Counted from the first letter of the stretch, positions 17,564 through 27,182 are shown. The stretch: DNA of 64,000 nucleotides from an uncultured Candidatus Saccharibacteria bacterium (GCA_965230925.1 OZ246403.1:458455-522454), one strand, 5' to 3'. Notes: generated by a model from the sequence alone, not told the origin. Numbers and translations are program-made.

Positions 17564-18421
17564 TTATACTGGTTTTTCTAAAAATTGCCAGACTTCAGGG
17601 GTAGTCGTCAAATTTTCATCAGTGGCGATTTTTCCTAAGACGAGGTTGATTTTGAGCCGCTTAATCGCTTGTTCGCGGAGACTTTCCCGGAGTTCGGCCT
17701 CAGTTTTCTTGATGTGATTTAAATAATCAGCAAACTTTGCCCCCAAGCGTTCGGTGTCGGCTTTCATTTCCTCAACCATTCGGGAGAGTTCATGGTCTAC
17801 CAAGAGCGGGGGAAGGGGTATGTCGAGTGGTTCGAGAATTTTTTCTACAATCGCTAAACGTTTCTTGTCCTCAGCCCGGTGTTTTTTGTCTTGCTCGATG
17901 CCTTGTTTTATTTTCTCCCGGATATTTTCGATTTTGAGTTTTTCTGGATCAATACGTTCAAGATCTTTTACCACCGTCTCAATTTCTTCTTCTGTTACTG
18001 CCACAGGCTCAGAAACAGCTGTCACAATTGGTTGAATTGATTTCCGGTAATCGCCAAGATTGATGGTTGGAAGCACGGCGGTGGTTAGCTTGAAGCCTAA
18101 TGGATTACCGGGAGCAAGTTTGGTAATAGTGACGGCTGGACCGCCAATAGCCTCGATATTCTTTTCTTTCAGAAATTGTGAGTAGAACCGATTGAGGGCA
18201 ATCCGGGCCATTTCCTCAAGAATGGGGGTATTACCAATTTTTTCTATTAATACCTTTTCTGGAATATGGCCAGGGCGAAATCCGGCAAGGGTAGTTTCCT
18301 CATTGAGTTTTTTCAACGCCTCTCGTCGACCCGATTCGAAATCGTCGGCGGAAATTTCGCCGACGATTTCGAGTTCCGAGTTTGGTAGCGATTTAATTTC
18401 CCAATTCAGTGTCGAGCTCAT
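17564..18421 (-). CDS. tig: trigger factor (short form, N-terminal ribosome-binding plus chaperone domains)
   Basis: N-terminal NWEIKSLPNSELEIVGEISADD...GFRPGHIPEKVLIEKIG aligns with the trigger-factor ribosome-binding domain (GFRKGKVP signature). The tig-clpP order is conserved. The start is taken at MSSTLNW. Confidence 0.7.
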   Translation of the reverse strand: MSSTLNWEIKSLPNSELEIVGEISADDFESGRREALKKLNEETTLAGFRPGHIPEKVLIEKIGNTPILEEMARIALNRFYSQFLKEKNIEAIGGPAVTITKLAPGNPLGFKLTTAVLPTINLGDYRKSIQPIVTAVSEPVAVTEEEIETVVKDLERIDPEKLKIENIREKIKQGIEQDKKHRAEDKKRLAIVEKILEPLDIPLPPLLVDHELSRMVEEMKADTERLGAKFADYLNHIKKTEAELRESLREQAIKRLKINLVLGKIATDENLTTTPEVWQFLEKPV

Positions 18422-18698
18422 TAAAGGCGGCGTCAATTTCGGTCATTCCCTCGAGGGTGGTCGCGTCTTGCTCTAAGGTGCCCAAATCCTCGGTCGCTTC
18501 GGGAGTTGGGGTAGTGTTTTCTTCCATACCAGCTCCGCTTTCAATTGGTGTTGGGGTTTGAGTTTCTTCTCGAGAAGCTAGAAGGTAAATTGCCCCAATG
18601 ACAACAATCAGGATAACGATAATGGTGCCGACCATTGAACCTTTTGGTTTATCGGCGGCAACTCCGGGTTGGAACATATTGTTTTGATCTCCGTTCAT
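18393..18698 (-). CDS. small single-pass membrane protein, hypothetical
   Basis: 101 aa. Central transmembrane helix (VGTIIVILIVVIGAIYLLA) and a Thr/Pro/Glu-rich C-terminal tail. No recognisable family. Confidence 0.45.
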   Translation of the reverse strand: MNGDQNNMFQPGVAADKPKGSMVGTIIVILIVVIGAIYLLASREETQTPTPIESGAGMEENTTPTPEATEDLGTLEQDATTLEGMTEIDAAFNELDTELGN

Positions 18699-18720
18699 GG
18701 TGAATATGGTTAGTGAATAA

Positions 18721-19206
18721 TTATAAAGCGCGGAGGAGTTTAATTGCCTCCATTAGTTTTTGCCGTGCCATTTGCACTGCCTCTCTTGCTTGATTGAGTT
18801 CCTCACGCACACCTTTGAAGCCTGGGCGAATGTCTGTGGCTGTGGCGGCGGCGGCAACCTTAGCCTCAATTCCTTGAATAGTTTCCTTCGCTTTCGTTAA
18901 CGCGGCCCCAGCTTCTTGTAGAAGTCCTTTTGCGGTAGAAACATCTTTACCCTCAGCTTCGAGCTTGGCGAGGTGGCTGTTTAACCGAGTGGTAATCCCA
19001 TCAATTCGGGCGGTTACTGCCCGGAAGTGGGTAAGTAAGCGGGTAATATTACCTTGCAGACGACCCAATCTAGCCTCACGGGTATTTTCCACCACTTCTT
19101 GAGTTCTAGTACGCAGACTTGATTCTTGGGCTCCGGCTCTCGATAGCCCCACCAGTCCAAAAACCATCACAAACACTAGTCCAGCAATAATTTTTTTTCT
19201 TTTCAT
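18721..19206 (-). CDS. secreted coiled-coil protein, hypothetical
   Basis: Probable start at MKRKKIIAGLVFVMVFGLVGLSRAGAQ (signal peptide); the track ORF extends 28 codons upstream. The remainder is alpha-helical and Ala/Glu/Arg-rich. Confidence 0.5.
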   Translation of the reverse strand: MKRKKIIAGLVFVMVFGLVGLSRAGAQESSLRTRTQEVVENTREARLGRLQGNITRLLTHFRAVTARIDGITTRLNSHLAKLEAEGKDVSTAKGLLQEAGAALTKAKETIQGIEAKVAAAATATDIRPGFKGVREELNQAREAVQMARQKLMEAIKLLRAL

Positions 19207-19216
19207 AACGCCAATG

Positions 19217-19741
19217 TTAGGCGACTTTCTTCGCCTTGTAAAGCGCCATCCCTTTCTCAAAAACCGCCTCCGCTTCGGCTTTATTGCCAAAGCCTTTTAC
19301 CTCCACCACCTTATTTTGCAGTTTCTTGTAGGTAGAGTAGAAATGTTCAATTTCTTTAAGGGTGTGAGGGTTAATGTCGGTTAGATTTTGCACCTTTTCC
19401 CACCGAGGATCATCTGTAGGTACGGCAATAATTTTGTCGTCACTATCGCCGCTATCAACCATCCGCAAAACAGCGATTGGTCGCGCTCGCACCAAGATGC
19501 CGGGTAAGAGAGGATAAGTAGTAAGGAGAATGACATCCACAGCATCCCCGTCTTCCCAGAGGGTTTGAGGAATAAAACCGTAGTCAAAAGGGAAGTCCTG
19601 GGCGGTATGTGCTACGCGATCAAGAGCGATTATGCCAGTTTCCTTATCAATCTCGTACTTATTCTTCGAGCCTTTGTTGATTTCAATAATTACATTGATG
19701 GCTGATTTATCGCCAGCCGAGAGATCATGCAATAGGTTCAT
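19217..19741 (-). CDS. ppa: inorganic pyrophosphatase (family I)
   Basis: INVIIEINKGSKNKYEIDKETG...DGDAVDVIL...RMVDSGDSDDKIIAV match the family-I PPase active-site regions. 174 aa. Confidence 0.85.
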   Translation of the reverse strand: MNLLHDLSAGDKSAINVIIEINKGSKNKYEIDKETGIIALDRVAHTAQDFPFDYGFIPQTLWEDGDAVDVILLTTYPLLPGILVRARPIAVLRMVDSGDSDDKIIAVPTDDPRWEKVQNLTDINPHTLKEIEHFYSTYKKLQNKVVEVKGFGNKAEAEAVFEKGMALYKAKKVA

Positions 19742-20906
19742 CTTGTTTGTTTTCTTCTGTTTTAGTTGCTAATTCAGGCTTGTCTGCTGGTATGGCCGGT
19801 CCTACGATATCAATTCTCCAACCAGTAAGTTTAGCGGCGAGTCGGGCATTCTGGCCACCACGACCGACCGCGAGCGAGAATTGATCGGGGTCAACCTCAA
19901 TTTTGGCTTCTCGAGCCTCTTCTTTAAGGCTAATAGACTTAATCTTGGCCGGGGCGAGGGAGTTCCCGATAAATACTTCCGGATTTTCTGACCATTCAAT
20001 AATATCAATTTTTTCGCCGCCGAGCTCGCTGATAACTGTGTTGACCCGGACGCCACGACCGCCAACACAAGAGCCAACTGGATCAATCTTTCGATCCTTT
20101 GAAGAAACAGCAATTTTTGTTCGTGAGCCGGCTTCCCGAGCAATGGAGCGGATTTCGACAATACCAGAAGCAATTTCTGGCGCCTCTTGAGCAAAGAGTT
20201 GCTCAACGAACTTGGGGTGAGATCGGGAAAGCTTAAGATTTACACCGCGCGGCGTTTCTTCTACGGCGTAGAGATAAGCGCGAATGCGTTCGCCCTGACG
20301 ATAATATTCACCTGGCATTTGTTCCTCGTAGGGGAGAATGGCGGTGGTGCGGCCGAGATCAACAAAGACATTGCCTCGCTCCAGTTTTTGCACCTTACCG
20401 GTAATTATTTCACCTTGGCGATCAGTATATTCATCAAGAACCGAGGCTCGTTCGGCTTCCCGAATCCGCTGAACAATTACTTGTTTGGCGGTTTGGGCGG
20501 CAATACGACCGAAGTCGTCCTTAGTCTCGAGTGGGAAAATCAATTCCTCTCCTAGCTCCGCATCGCGTTTAATCTTGCGCGCGTCCTCAAGCATAATGTG
20601 TTGCTCTTCATTGAAAAATACTTTTTCTGGCCTAATTTCTCCTTCGGTTACTGCCTCATCTGGTTCGGTTTCCTCGTCCTCGGTCTTCAACATTGATTCA
20701 TCAACAACAATTTTTACCTGCAGGAACTCGGTTTTGCCACTGGCGAGATCAAATCGGGCGCGAATAATCTGACCTCGATGGCCATAATCTTTCTTATAGG
20801 CGGCAGTTAAGGCGTCCTCAATGGCGCCCATAATTTTGGCTTTAGGAATTCCGCGCTCTTCCTCAAGTTGCTCGAGGGCGGAGTTCATTACTTTTAAATC
20901 AATCAT
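19725..20906 (-). CDS. nusA: transcription termination/antitermination factor NusA
   Basis: NusA N-terminal domain, S1 domain and two KH domains (..RIDPVGSCVGGRGVRVNTVISELGGEKIDII...). The N-terminus MNSALEQLEEERGIPKAKIMGAIEDAL aligns with E. coli NusA residues 1-30. The start is uncertain among the Met at 20951, 20906 and 20888. Confidence 0.85.
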   Translation of the reverse strand: MIDLKVMNSALEQLEEERGIPKAKIMGAIEDALTAAYKKDYGHRGQIIRARFDLASGKTEFLQVKIVVDESMLKTEDEETEPDEAVTEGEIRPEKVFFNEEQHIMLEDARKIKRDAELGEELIFPLETKDDFGRIAAQTAKQVIVQRIREAERASVLDEYTDRQGEIITGKVQKLERGNVFVDLGRTTAILPYEEQMPGEYYRQGERIRAYLYAVEETPRGVNLKLSRSHPKFVEQLFAQEAPEIASGIVEIRSIAREAGSRTKIAVSSKDRKIDPVGSCVGGRGVRVNTVISELGGEKIDIIEWSENPEVFIGNSLAPAKIKSISLKEEAREAKIEVDPDQFSLAVGRGGQNARLAAKLTGWRIDIVGPAIPADKPELATKTEENKQDEPIA

Positions 20907-21034
20907 GATGATATGGGTTAATTTAACAAAAATGTCCGGCAAGCCGGACACCTCTCAGACCACCGGATTTTAGGCGATTCAGCACTGCTTGTCAAATATT
21001 GTGAGTTATCAACAGTCATTCACCCCCCTCTTGT

Positions 21035-21043
21035 TGCTATAAT
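21035..21043 (+). promoter_or_regulatory. extended -10 element TGCTATAAT, 8 nt upstream of the ATG of the 21052 gene (probable leaderless transcript)
   Basis: TGcTATAAT at 21035-21043; ATG at 21052; no Shine-Dalgarno sequence between them. Confidence 0.4.
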
Positions 21044-21051
21044 TCCTCTTA

Positions 21052-21369
21052 ATGATTCGTCAAGAGGATTTACCCCAGAAAACTCATCACCCCATAATTA
21101 TTGTTTGCATTATTATTCTTGTTATTTTAATCGTGATTTTCTTGTCTCATTTATGGTGGCAAAAATGGGGTTTACCCGGAGGTGGCCAAGAGGGCAATGG
21201 CGCCATGACCGATGATCGCCGAGCTGAGATTCTTGAGAGTCTCCGTTCGGATCAGCCACCGCTCTCTGAGGAGAAGCGTCAGCAGATTCTCGAGAGCTTA
21301 GAAGTGGCACCAGGCCAGGGGACGATGACAGAAGCAGAGAGGCTAGAAATTTTAGAATCATTAGAATAA
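21052..21369 (+). CDS. small membrane protein with three (R/Q).EILESL repeats, hypothetical
   Basis: 105 aa. N-terminal transmembrane helix (IIIVCIIILVILIVIFLSHLWW), then RAEILESL, RQQILESLE and ERLEILESLE repeats. Sits 5 bp upstream of the first fibre gene. Confidence 0.5.
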   Translation: MIRQEDLPQKTHHPIIIVCIIILVILIVIFLSHLWWQKWGLPGGGQEGNGAMTDDRRAEILESLRSDQPPLSEEKRQQILESLEVAPGQGTMTEAERLEILESLE

Positions 21370-21373
21370 AAAT

Positions 21374-23014
21374 ATGAAAAATAAATTTTTTGATACGGTG
21401 CGAATTGTGTTTTTGGCCTTGCTTCTCGCTCTTGGTACGAGCTATGCCTTAGCCGATTGGGATAATGCACCTGGCAATCCTCCAGATTGCCCCAACTCTA
21501 TTGAAGGGTGCAACACACCAGTAAATATCAGTGGAGTTGACCAAGTAAAAGATGGGGGCCTCAGTGTCGGTAGTCTCTCCGTAGATGGAGGTGCGATGAT
21601 TCTTGGTGGAGTTACTTCCTCGGTTCCTACACCGATCTTCGAGCTTGCTCTTCGAGCCCTTGGTCGCATTGGTGCTACTGAGTACTGTGATCGTGATGGG
21701 ACAAGTTGTTATCCTATTAGTGCTTTAGTGGGTGGAGATGGCGGCCCGGGTGATCCTCCTGGTAACACAACTTGGACGCAAGTAGGTAATAATCAGTACT
21801 CTAGTTTGTCTGGCAATGTGGGCATTGGTCAAAGCAACCCAACGTCTAAACTGGATGTTTACACTGAAAGTAATGATGCGACCGCTCTTCGGGTAAGAAA
21901 TTGGGGCACTGGGTCAAACACTTACGGTGTTCATATTAGCACCGGAGGAACAGGTGGGGCGGGTACCGCTTTGTATGTGGCCGGTAACGCTGTTGGAGGA
22001 GGGAAGGCGATTGTAGTACCCAGCACTGGTGGCCCAGTAGAGATAAACAGCAGTTTGTGTTTAGGTTCTAGTTCTAATCCTGCAAATTGCAAATCAACTT
22101 GGGGTAGTTCGTCGGGTGACAATTTGGGTAATCACATTGCAACAGACAATATTGAGTTGAACGGCAAATGGTTGAGTAATGATGGTGATGATGAAGGAAT
22201 TCAAGTTTCTAATGCGGGTAACGTTAGAATTGGTCCTGAAATAAGTTCGACCAATAATTTTAAACTGGAAGTAAATGGTGATATTCAGACGAATGGAAGC
22301 TTAAGGTTAGAGGGCACTGGTAGTTTGTTTTTACCTACAGGAGCCGGAATCGGCAAGGTGCTTACTTCTAATGGCCCAGGGCTGGCTGCTTGGGAAAACA
22401 ATTTAGCTGACCATGGTGCCAATGAAAATATTAGACTTAGTACCTACTATTTATCTGGTGATGGCGGTGACGAAGGAATGAAGATCAGTGGTACAGGTGT
22501 TGCTACCTTTAGTAATGATGTGGACATTGTGGGCACGGGAGGAGAAAAAGGGGATTTGTTTGTCGAAGAAGATTTGACGGTAGGGAGAGACTTTGTTTTG
22601 GCTAATGGTTTCAATTTGAATGGTGAACTAAGGCCAGACAGTGTTACGTGTGGCAATAATCAAACTATTAGAAAAACTGGCGCAAATGATTGGGATTGTG
22701 TTACTTGGCCAAGTTCGTCTTCAGGTCGCTGGAAGGAGAACGTGAAGACGTTGACTGGAGCTTTGGACTCCGTGCTTAATCTCCGGGGGGTTTCTTATAC
22801 TTGGGATAAAGAACATGGCGGTAAACAAGACATTGGTTTAATTGCTGAAGAAGTGGGGAAAATTGTTCCTGAAGCGGTTGAGTGGGAAACAAATGGTAAA
22901 GACGCTCGTGGTGTGGAGTATGGTCACCTAGTCGGACTACTTGTTGAGGCTATTAAAGACCAACAGCAACAGATAGAAGACCTAAAAGCGAAAGTTAACT
23001 CTCTTGAAAATTAG
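21374..23014 (+). CDS. secreted fibre protein with phage tail-fibre-type C-terminal intramolecular chaperone (peptidase S74-like) domain
   Basis: N-terminal signal/anchor (MKNKFFDTVRIVFLALLLALGTSYALA). Gly/Ser/Asn-rich central region. The C-terminal ~100 aa (SGRWKENVKTL...DIGLIAEEVGKIVPEAVEW...GVEYGHLVGLLVEAIKDQQQQIEDLKAKVNSLEN) closely follow the endosialidase/tail-fibre chaperone domain consensus (S..R.K.N...iGliAqEv..v.Pe.V....y..L....ikeq...i..L). Confidence 0.75.
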   Translation: MKNKFFDTVRIVFLALLLALGTSYALADWDNAPGNPPDCPNSIEGCNTPVNISGVDQVKDGGLSVGSLSVDGGAMILGGVTSSVPTPIFELALRALGRIGATEYCDRDGTSCYPISALVGGDGGPGDPPGNTTWTQVGNNQYSSLSGNVGIGQSNPTSKLDVYTESNDATALRVRNWGTGSNTYGVHISTGGTGGAGTALYVAGNAVGGGKAIVVPSTGGPVEINSSLCLGSSSNPANCKSTWGSSSGDNLGNHIATDNIELNGKWLSNDGDDEGIQVSNAGNVRIGPEISSTNNFKLEVNGDIQTNGSLRLEGTGSLFLPTGAGIGKVLTSNGPGLAAWENNLADHGANENIRLSTYYLSGDGGDEGMKISGTGVATFSNDVDIVGTGGEKGDLFVEEDLTVGRDFVLANGFNLNGELRPDSVTCGNNQTIRKTGANDWDCVTWPSSSSGRWKENVKTLTGALDSVLNLRGVSYTWDKEHGGKQDIGLIAEEVGKIVPEAVEWETNGKDARGVEYGHLVGLLVEAIKDQQQQIEDLKAKVNSLEN

Positions 23015-23024
23015 TTTTTAACCC

Positions 23025-23078
23025 ATGTCTTGCGAGCATAAATTCAAATTGACCGAAGGTGGCGGGTTGTTACAATAA
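23025..23078 (+). pseudogene. degraded duplicate of the 5' end of the 23450 fibre gene (17-codon remnant MSCEHKFKLTEGGGLLQ*)
   Basis: The sequence 23008-23060 (aattagtttttaacccATGTCTtgcgagcataaattcaaattgacc) parallels 23437-23490 (aataatttttaacccATGTCTcaagagaaaaaatttaaattaacg), including the start codon. It encodes MSCEHKFKLTE versus MSQEKKFKLTQ and then terminates. Confidence 0.55.
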
Positions 23079-23082
23079 GTAT

Positions 23083-23439
23083 ATGGGAAAAGAAATCACA
23101 CTCGAATCTCTTGATAATAAGATAGATAGCAAATTTGGCACGCTTGATTCTAAGTTTACATCCCTTGATGCCAAGTTTAATTCCCTCGACACGAAATTTG
23201 ATGTGCTTCAGGAAGTCTTACAAGACAACTTTAAGATTATTGCTGAGCAGTTTAAGACGGTAAATGAGAAGTTAGACCGACACGAAGTGAAACTGGACCA
23301 ACACGACAAGAGATTTGATCAAATTGAGATTAGATTAGATGAACATGAAAGAAAACTCGACTCTTTGACGGAAGTAGTTGGTGATATTAAAGTCGAAGTT
23401 ATGGGCTTGAACCACAGAGTAGAAGTTTTAGAAAAATAA
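23083..23439 (+). CDS. heptad-repeat coiled-coil protein, hypothetical
   Basis: Tandem 7-residue repeats KIDSKFG/TLDSKFT/SLDAKFN/SLDTKFD followed by further coiled-coil sequence. Probable start MGKEITLESL; the track ORF starts 8 codons earlier. Confidence 0.5.
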   Translation: MGKEITLESLDNKIDSKFGTLDSKFTSLDAKFNSLDTKFDVLQEVLQDNFKIIAEQFKTVNEKLDRHEVKLDQHDKRFDQIEIRLDEHERKLDSLTEVVGDIKVEVMGLNHRVEVLEK

Positions 23440-23449
23440 TTTTTAACCC

Positions 23450-25363
23450 ATGTCTCAAGAGAAAAAATTTAAATTAACGCAAACCCTAAAAGTTGTTTTT
23501 CTTGGCCTGATTTTGGGCTTGGGAATTAATGTGGCTTTGGCTCAATGGGTGCCCCCAGGATTTAATCCAACCAACTGCCCTAGCACTACCGAAGGGTGCA
23601 ATACACCAATTAATCGTTCTGCTGTAAACCAGATTAAAGATGGTAGTTTGGGTATTGGCGGCATCCTCAATGTTCAAGGGGCCATTAAAGCCAGTTCAAC
23701 AATTTATTTTGACGGGGATTTGGTGCCCCGGGGGATGGTGCCATGCGACGTTTCTACTGGAGGCAAGACTGTTTATAAAGATACAGACGGTATATGGAAG
23801 TGTACTAGTTTTGCCCCCTCATTTTGGAAGTTAGATACTGCTACTGTGGGTGATACCAATGACATTACTACAGACATAGCAAGAAATGTAAATTTACCTA
23901 ATACTGTTGCGAGTGGTGGAGTTGCTACAGCCGGCGTTCTCAGGTTCGGCGCCACTGATTTTTTGCATAATTATGGAACCAACAATCTGTTTCTTGGTGC
24001 CAATGCGGGTAACTACACAATGTCCGGATCGGTTAATACGGGGATTGGATTGCAGTCTTTAGACAATAATACTTCCGGTTCTTACAACGTAGCGGTGGGT
24101 CAATTGGCTTCAGGATCAAACTCGTCTGGTTCCTACAACGTAGCGGTGGGCAGGAGAGCCTTAAACTCCAATGTTTCTGGTTCTGGTAACGTAGCTGTTG
24201 GTGATGAGGCTCTTTTTTCTAATACATCAGCCTCAAGCACAGCGGTTGGTTATCAGGCGCTGATGTCAAATACAATTGGCGCCCAAAACGTTGCTGTTGG
24301 TCACCGTGCAATATACGGCAATATTAACGGAAACAGAAACACCGGTGTTGGTTATCAGGCGCTTAGCACTGGTTCAGGAGCTACCTTTGTTGATAACACA
24401 GCGGTGGGTTGGAATTCGCTCGCAAGTACCACTGTTTCTGGGTACAACACTGCTATGGGTAGCGACTCTTTGAGAGTCAATACAACGGGAAGTTACAATA
24501 CTGCGCTTGGTTATCAGTCTTTATTTAATAATGTGGACAAGGGTTACAACACCGCTGTTGGCTATCAGGCTCTTTACTCTAATGATGGCGGGGCGCCATT
24601 TACCGCAGAAAACAATACCGCAGTTGGAAATCGTGCTTTACAGTTCAATACAGCTGGTCAAAGAAATGTGGCCGTTGGTAGTAACGCCATGACTAAGAGT
24701 GACTTTGGTAATGACAACGTTGCCATTGGATATCAAGCCCTAACTAGTTCCACCGTGAGTGTGAATCCGGATGTCGACCAAAATGTGGCCGTTGGTAGTA
24801 ACGCCCTTACTCTGGCCAACAATGACTCTGCTGACAATAATACCGCTGTGGGACACCAAACACTGGACGCTTTAACTGACGGAAACTCTAACACCGCTCT
24901 TGGTTCTGGCGCTGGTGGATCGGTGACTACTGGTCAGAGAAATGTTTTTGCCGGCGCCTTTTCTGGCGCTGGTGGTAATCCGGTGACTACGGGCGGAGAC
25001 TCTGCTACTGGTGGAAACACGTTGCTTGGTTATGGGGCGGGTTTTGCTGGCGTGAGCACTCAATACAATAACGCTACGGCTGTTGGCTACCAGGCTTTAG
25101 TAGGAGCAAGTAATGCTATGGTTTTAGGTAACGACAGTGTGAATGTTGGTATCAGAACCACAGCACCTGGAGATGTGTTGCAAATTGGTGATGGTACTGC
25201 AGACGCTGCGTATTACCTTCGTCTTGATGTTATTTCCACTTCAATTACGGGTAACCCCTGTTCTTTTCCTGGAAGAATGATCCTTTCTACTACAGGTGGT
25301 ACCGACGGAACCCTCTATGTTTGTGGGCGTAATAGCACTTGGCGCGCTGTATTACTTCCTTAG
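23450..25363 (+). CDS. secreted fibre/adhesin-like protein with YadA-head / Hep_Hag-like N.A.G repeats
   Basis: The N-terminus is paralogous to the 21374 protein (AQWVPPGFNPTNCPSTTEGCNTPINRS versus ADWDNAPGNPPDCPNSIEGCNTPVNIS). There are more than 20 repeats of the form NVAVG(Y)QAL.SNT.G..NTAVG, resembling left-handed beta-roll head repeats of trimeric adhesins and tail fibres. Confidence 0.7.
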   Translation: MSQEKKFKLTQTLKVVFLGLILGLGINVALAQWVPPGFNPTNCPSTTEGCNTPINRSAVNQIKDGSLGIGGILNVQGAIKASSTIYFDGDLVPRGMVPCDVSTGGKTVYKDTDGIWKCTSFAPSFWKLDTATVGDTNDITTDIARNVNLPNTVASGGVATAGVLRFGATDFLHNYGTNNLFLGANAGNYTMSGSVNTGIGLQSLDNNTSGSYNVAVGQLASGSNSSGSYNVAVGRRALNSNVSGSGNVAVGDEALFSNTSASSTAVGYQALMSNTIGAQNVAVGHRAIYGNINGNRNTGVGYQALSTGSGATFVDNTAVGWNSLASTTVSGYNTAMGSDSLRVNTTGSYNTALGYQSLFNNVDKGYNTAVGYQALYSNDGGAPFTAENNTAVGNRALQFNTAGQRNVAVGSNAMTKSDFGNDNVAIGYQALTSSTVSVNPDVDQNVAVGSNALTLANNDSADNNTAVGHQTLDALTDGNSNTALGSGAGGSVTTGQRNVFAGAFSGAGGNPVTTGGDSATGGNTLLGYGAGFAGVSTQYNNATAVGYQALVGASNAMVLGNDSVNVGIRTTAPGDVLQIGDGTADAAYYLRLDVISTSITGNPCSFPGRMILSTTGGTDGTLYVCGRNSTWRAVLLP

Positions 25364-25406
25364 TATTTTATTGTTGGTTTCAGTGGAAAAACTAATTTAG
25401 TGCTCA

Positions 25407-25415
25407 TGCTATAAT
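25407..25415 (+). promoter_or_regulatory. extended -10 element TGCTATAAT, 6 nt upstream of the pilB ATG (probable leaderless transcript)
   Basis: TGcTATAAT at 25407-25415; ATG at 25422; no Shine-Dalgarno sequence. Confidence 0.4.
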
Positions 25416-25421
25416 TTTTGC

Positions 25422-27173
25422 ATGTGGCTTGAAGCACCGCGGGTCAAACAATTTCTGGTTGACTCAGATTTAATTGCTCCAAAAGATTTTGAAGCGCTTG
25501 AGGCCGAGGCTGACAAGGCCGGCAAGTCGCTCGAAGAAACTTTACTGAACTCGGGGAAAATTTCGGAAGAAGATTTCCGCCGAATGAAGGCGTATCTTCT
25601 TGGTATTCCCTACATTAGTCTCGCTAAGCTCAAGGTGCCGAAGGAAATTCTTTTTCTCATCCCTGAGCCGATTGCTCGGAAGCATAATATTGTAGCCTTT
25701 GCGAAGGGGGAGAAGGGGCTCGAGGTGGCGATGCTTGACCCGGAAGATCTTCAGTCCATTGAGTTCATTAAGAAGGGAGTGGGAGCGAAGATTCTTCCGC
25801 GGCTCACCGACACTTCTTCGATTAAAAACATTCTTCTGCAATACCAGAAGAGTCTTAAGGCTGAGTTTGGCGATTTGATCCGTGAAGAGGCTACTAAGAT
25901 CGGCGTGATTGCCGAAGGTTCGAATACGCCGATGAATGAAGGCGATCTGAAGAAGCTCGCAGAAGATCTGCCGGTGGTGCGCATTGTTGATACTTTACTC
26001 TCCCACGCCATTACCCAGAAGGCGTCTGATATTCATATTGAACCATTTGAAGGTGAGGTGGTGGTGCGCTATCGCATTGATGGTGTGCTTCATGATGCGA
26101 TGATTCTGCCGAAGAATGCTGGGCCGGGGATCACGGCGCGCATTAAGATTCTTGCTAATCTCCGACTAGACGAGAAGCGCTTGCCGCAAGATGGCCGCTT
26201 TAAGATTGAAGCCGCCGGTCTCAAAGTTTCTTTCCGTGTGTCACTCTTACCCACCTACTTTGGTGAGAAGATTGTGATGCGCTTGCTGCCGGATTCCTCG
26301 CGCGGGCTGACGCTGGAGCAGTGTGGTTTCCACGGTAATGGTTTAGAACGAATTCACGAGGCGATGCAAGGCACGGTGGGGATGATTCTCGTCACCGGGC
26401 CAACCGGCTCGGGTAAGAGCACCACCCTTTACACCATGATGGATATTCTCAATACGCCGGATGTAAATATTTCGACCATTGAAGATCCGATTGAATATCA
26501 AATGATGCGGATCAATCAAACGCAAGTGAAGCCAGATATTGGCCTCACGTTTGCAGCCGGTTTGCGCAGCTTGGTTCGCCAAGATCCTGATATCATTATG
26601 GTCGGAGAAATTCGCGATAAAGAAACGGTAACGCTGGCGATTAATGCAGCGCTCACGGGTCACTTGGTCTTGTCTACCCTCCACACCAACTCGGCGGCTG
26701 GGACGATTCCGCGCCTTCTTGATATGGGGGCCGAGAGCTTCCTTATCATTTCCACGGTTCGTTTGGTTATTGGTCAGCGCTTGGTGCGACGCTTATGCTC
26801 GAGCAAAGAAAGTTATTTTCTTTCCGATGTTGAATTAAAAAACTTGGGGCGGAAAGTGGATCTTGATCGGATGCTTAACCTTTTGCGAGAGGAGCGCGTG
26901 GTGAAGGAGAAGGCAACCTGGAAAGACATTCCCTTCTACCGGCCTAAAGCCTCGGCGGAGTGTGCTGAAGGATTCCAGGGTCGAGTGGGAATTCACGAGG
27001 TGCTTGCTTTGTCGCCGGCGATTAAAGAACTCATTCTTGCTGGAGCGACGGCCGATAAACTGGAGGCGCAAGCGAAAACTGAGGGGATGATTACGATGCT
27101 CGAGGACGGAGTTTTTAAGGCGGTTGGCGGTATCACCACCATTGAGGAGGTGCTCCGCGTGGTTTCAGAGTAA
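25422..27173 (+). CDS. pilB: type IV pilus assembly ATPase PilB (GspE family)
   Basis: N-terminal GSPII_E_N-like domain. Walker A GPTGSGKSTTLY. VGEIRDKETVTLAINAALTGHLVLSTLHTNSAAGTIPRLLDMG is the hallmark PilB/GspE region. 583 aa. Confidence 0.9.
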   Translation: MWLEAPRVKQFLVDSDLIAPKDFEALEAEADKAGKSLEETLLNSGKISEEDFRRMKAYLLGIPYISLAKLKVPKEILFLIPEPIARKHNIVAFAKGEKGLEVAMLDPEDLQSIEFIKKGVGAKILPRLTDTSSIKNILLQYQKSLKAEFGDLIREEATKIGVIAEGSNTPMNEGDLKKLAEDLPVVRIVDTLLSHAITQKASDIHIEPFEGEVVVRYRIDGVLHDAMILPKNAGPGITARIKILANLRLDEKRLPQDGRFKIEAAGLKVSFRVSLLPTYFGEKIVMRLLPDSSRGLTLEQCGFHGNGLERIHEAMQGTVGMILVTGPTGSGKSTTLYTMMDILNTPDVNISTIEDPIEYQMMRINQTQVKPDIGLTFAAGLRSLVRQDPDIIMVGEIRDKETVTLAINAALTGHLVLSTLHTNSAAGTIPRLLDMGAESFLIISTVRLVIGQRLVRRLCSSKESYFLSDVELKNLGRKVDLDRMLNLLREERVVKEKATWKDIPFYRPKASAECAEGFQGRVGIHEVLALSPAIKELILAGATADKLEAQAKTEGMITMLEDGVFKAVGGITTIEEVLRVVSE

Positions 27174-27182
27174 AATTATAAT

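Noticed and set aside
21374-25363. Prophage remnant interpretation of the fibre genes
   Set aside because: There are no capsid, portal, terminase, tail-tube or integrase genes in 20 kb either side. Flanks are nusA and pilB. Both proteins have bacterial-type signal peptides.
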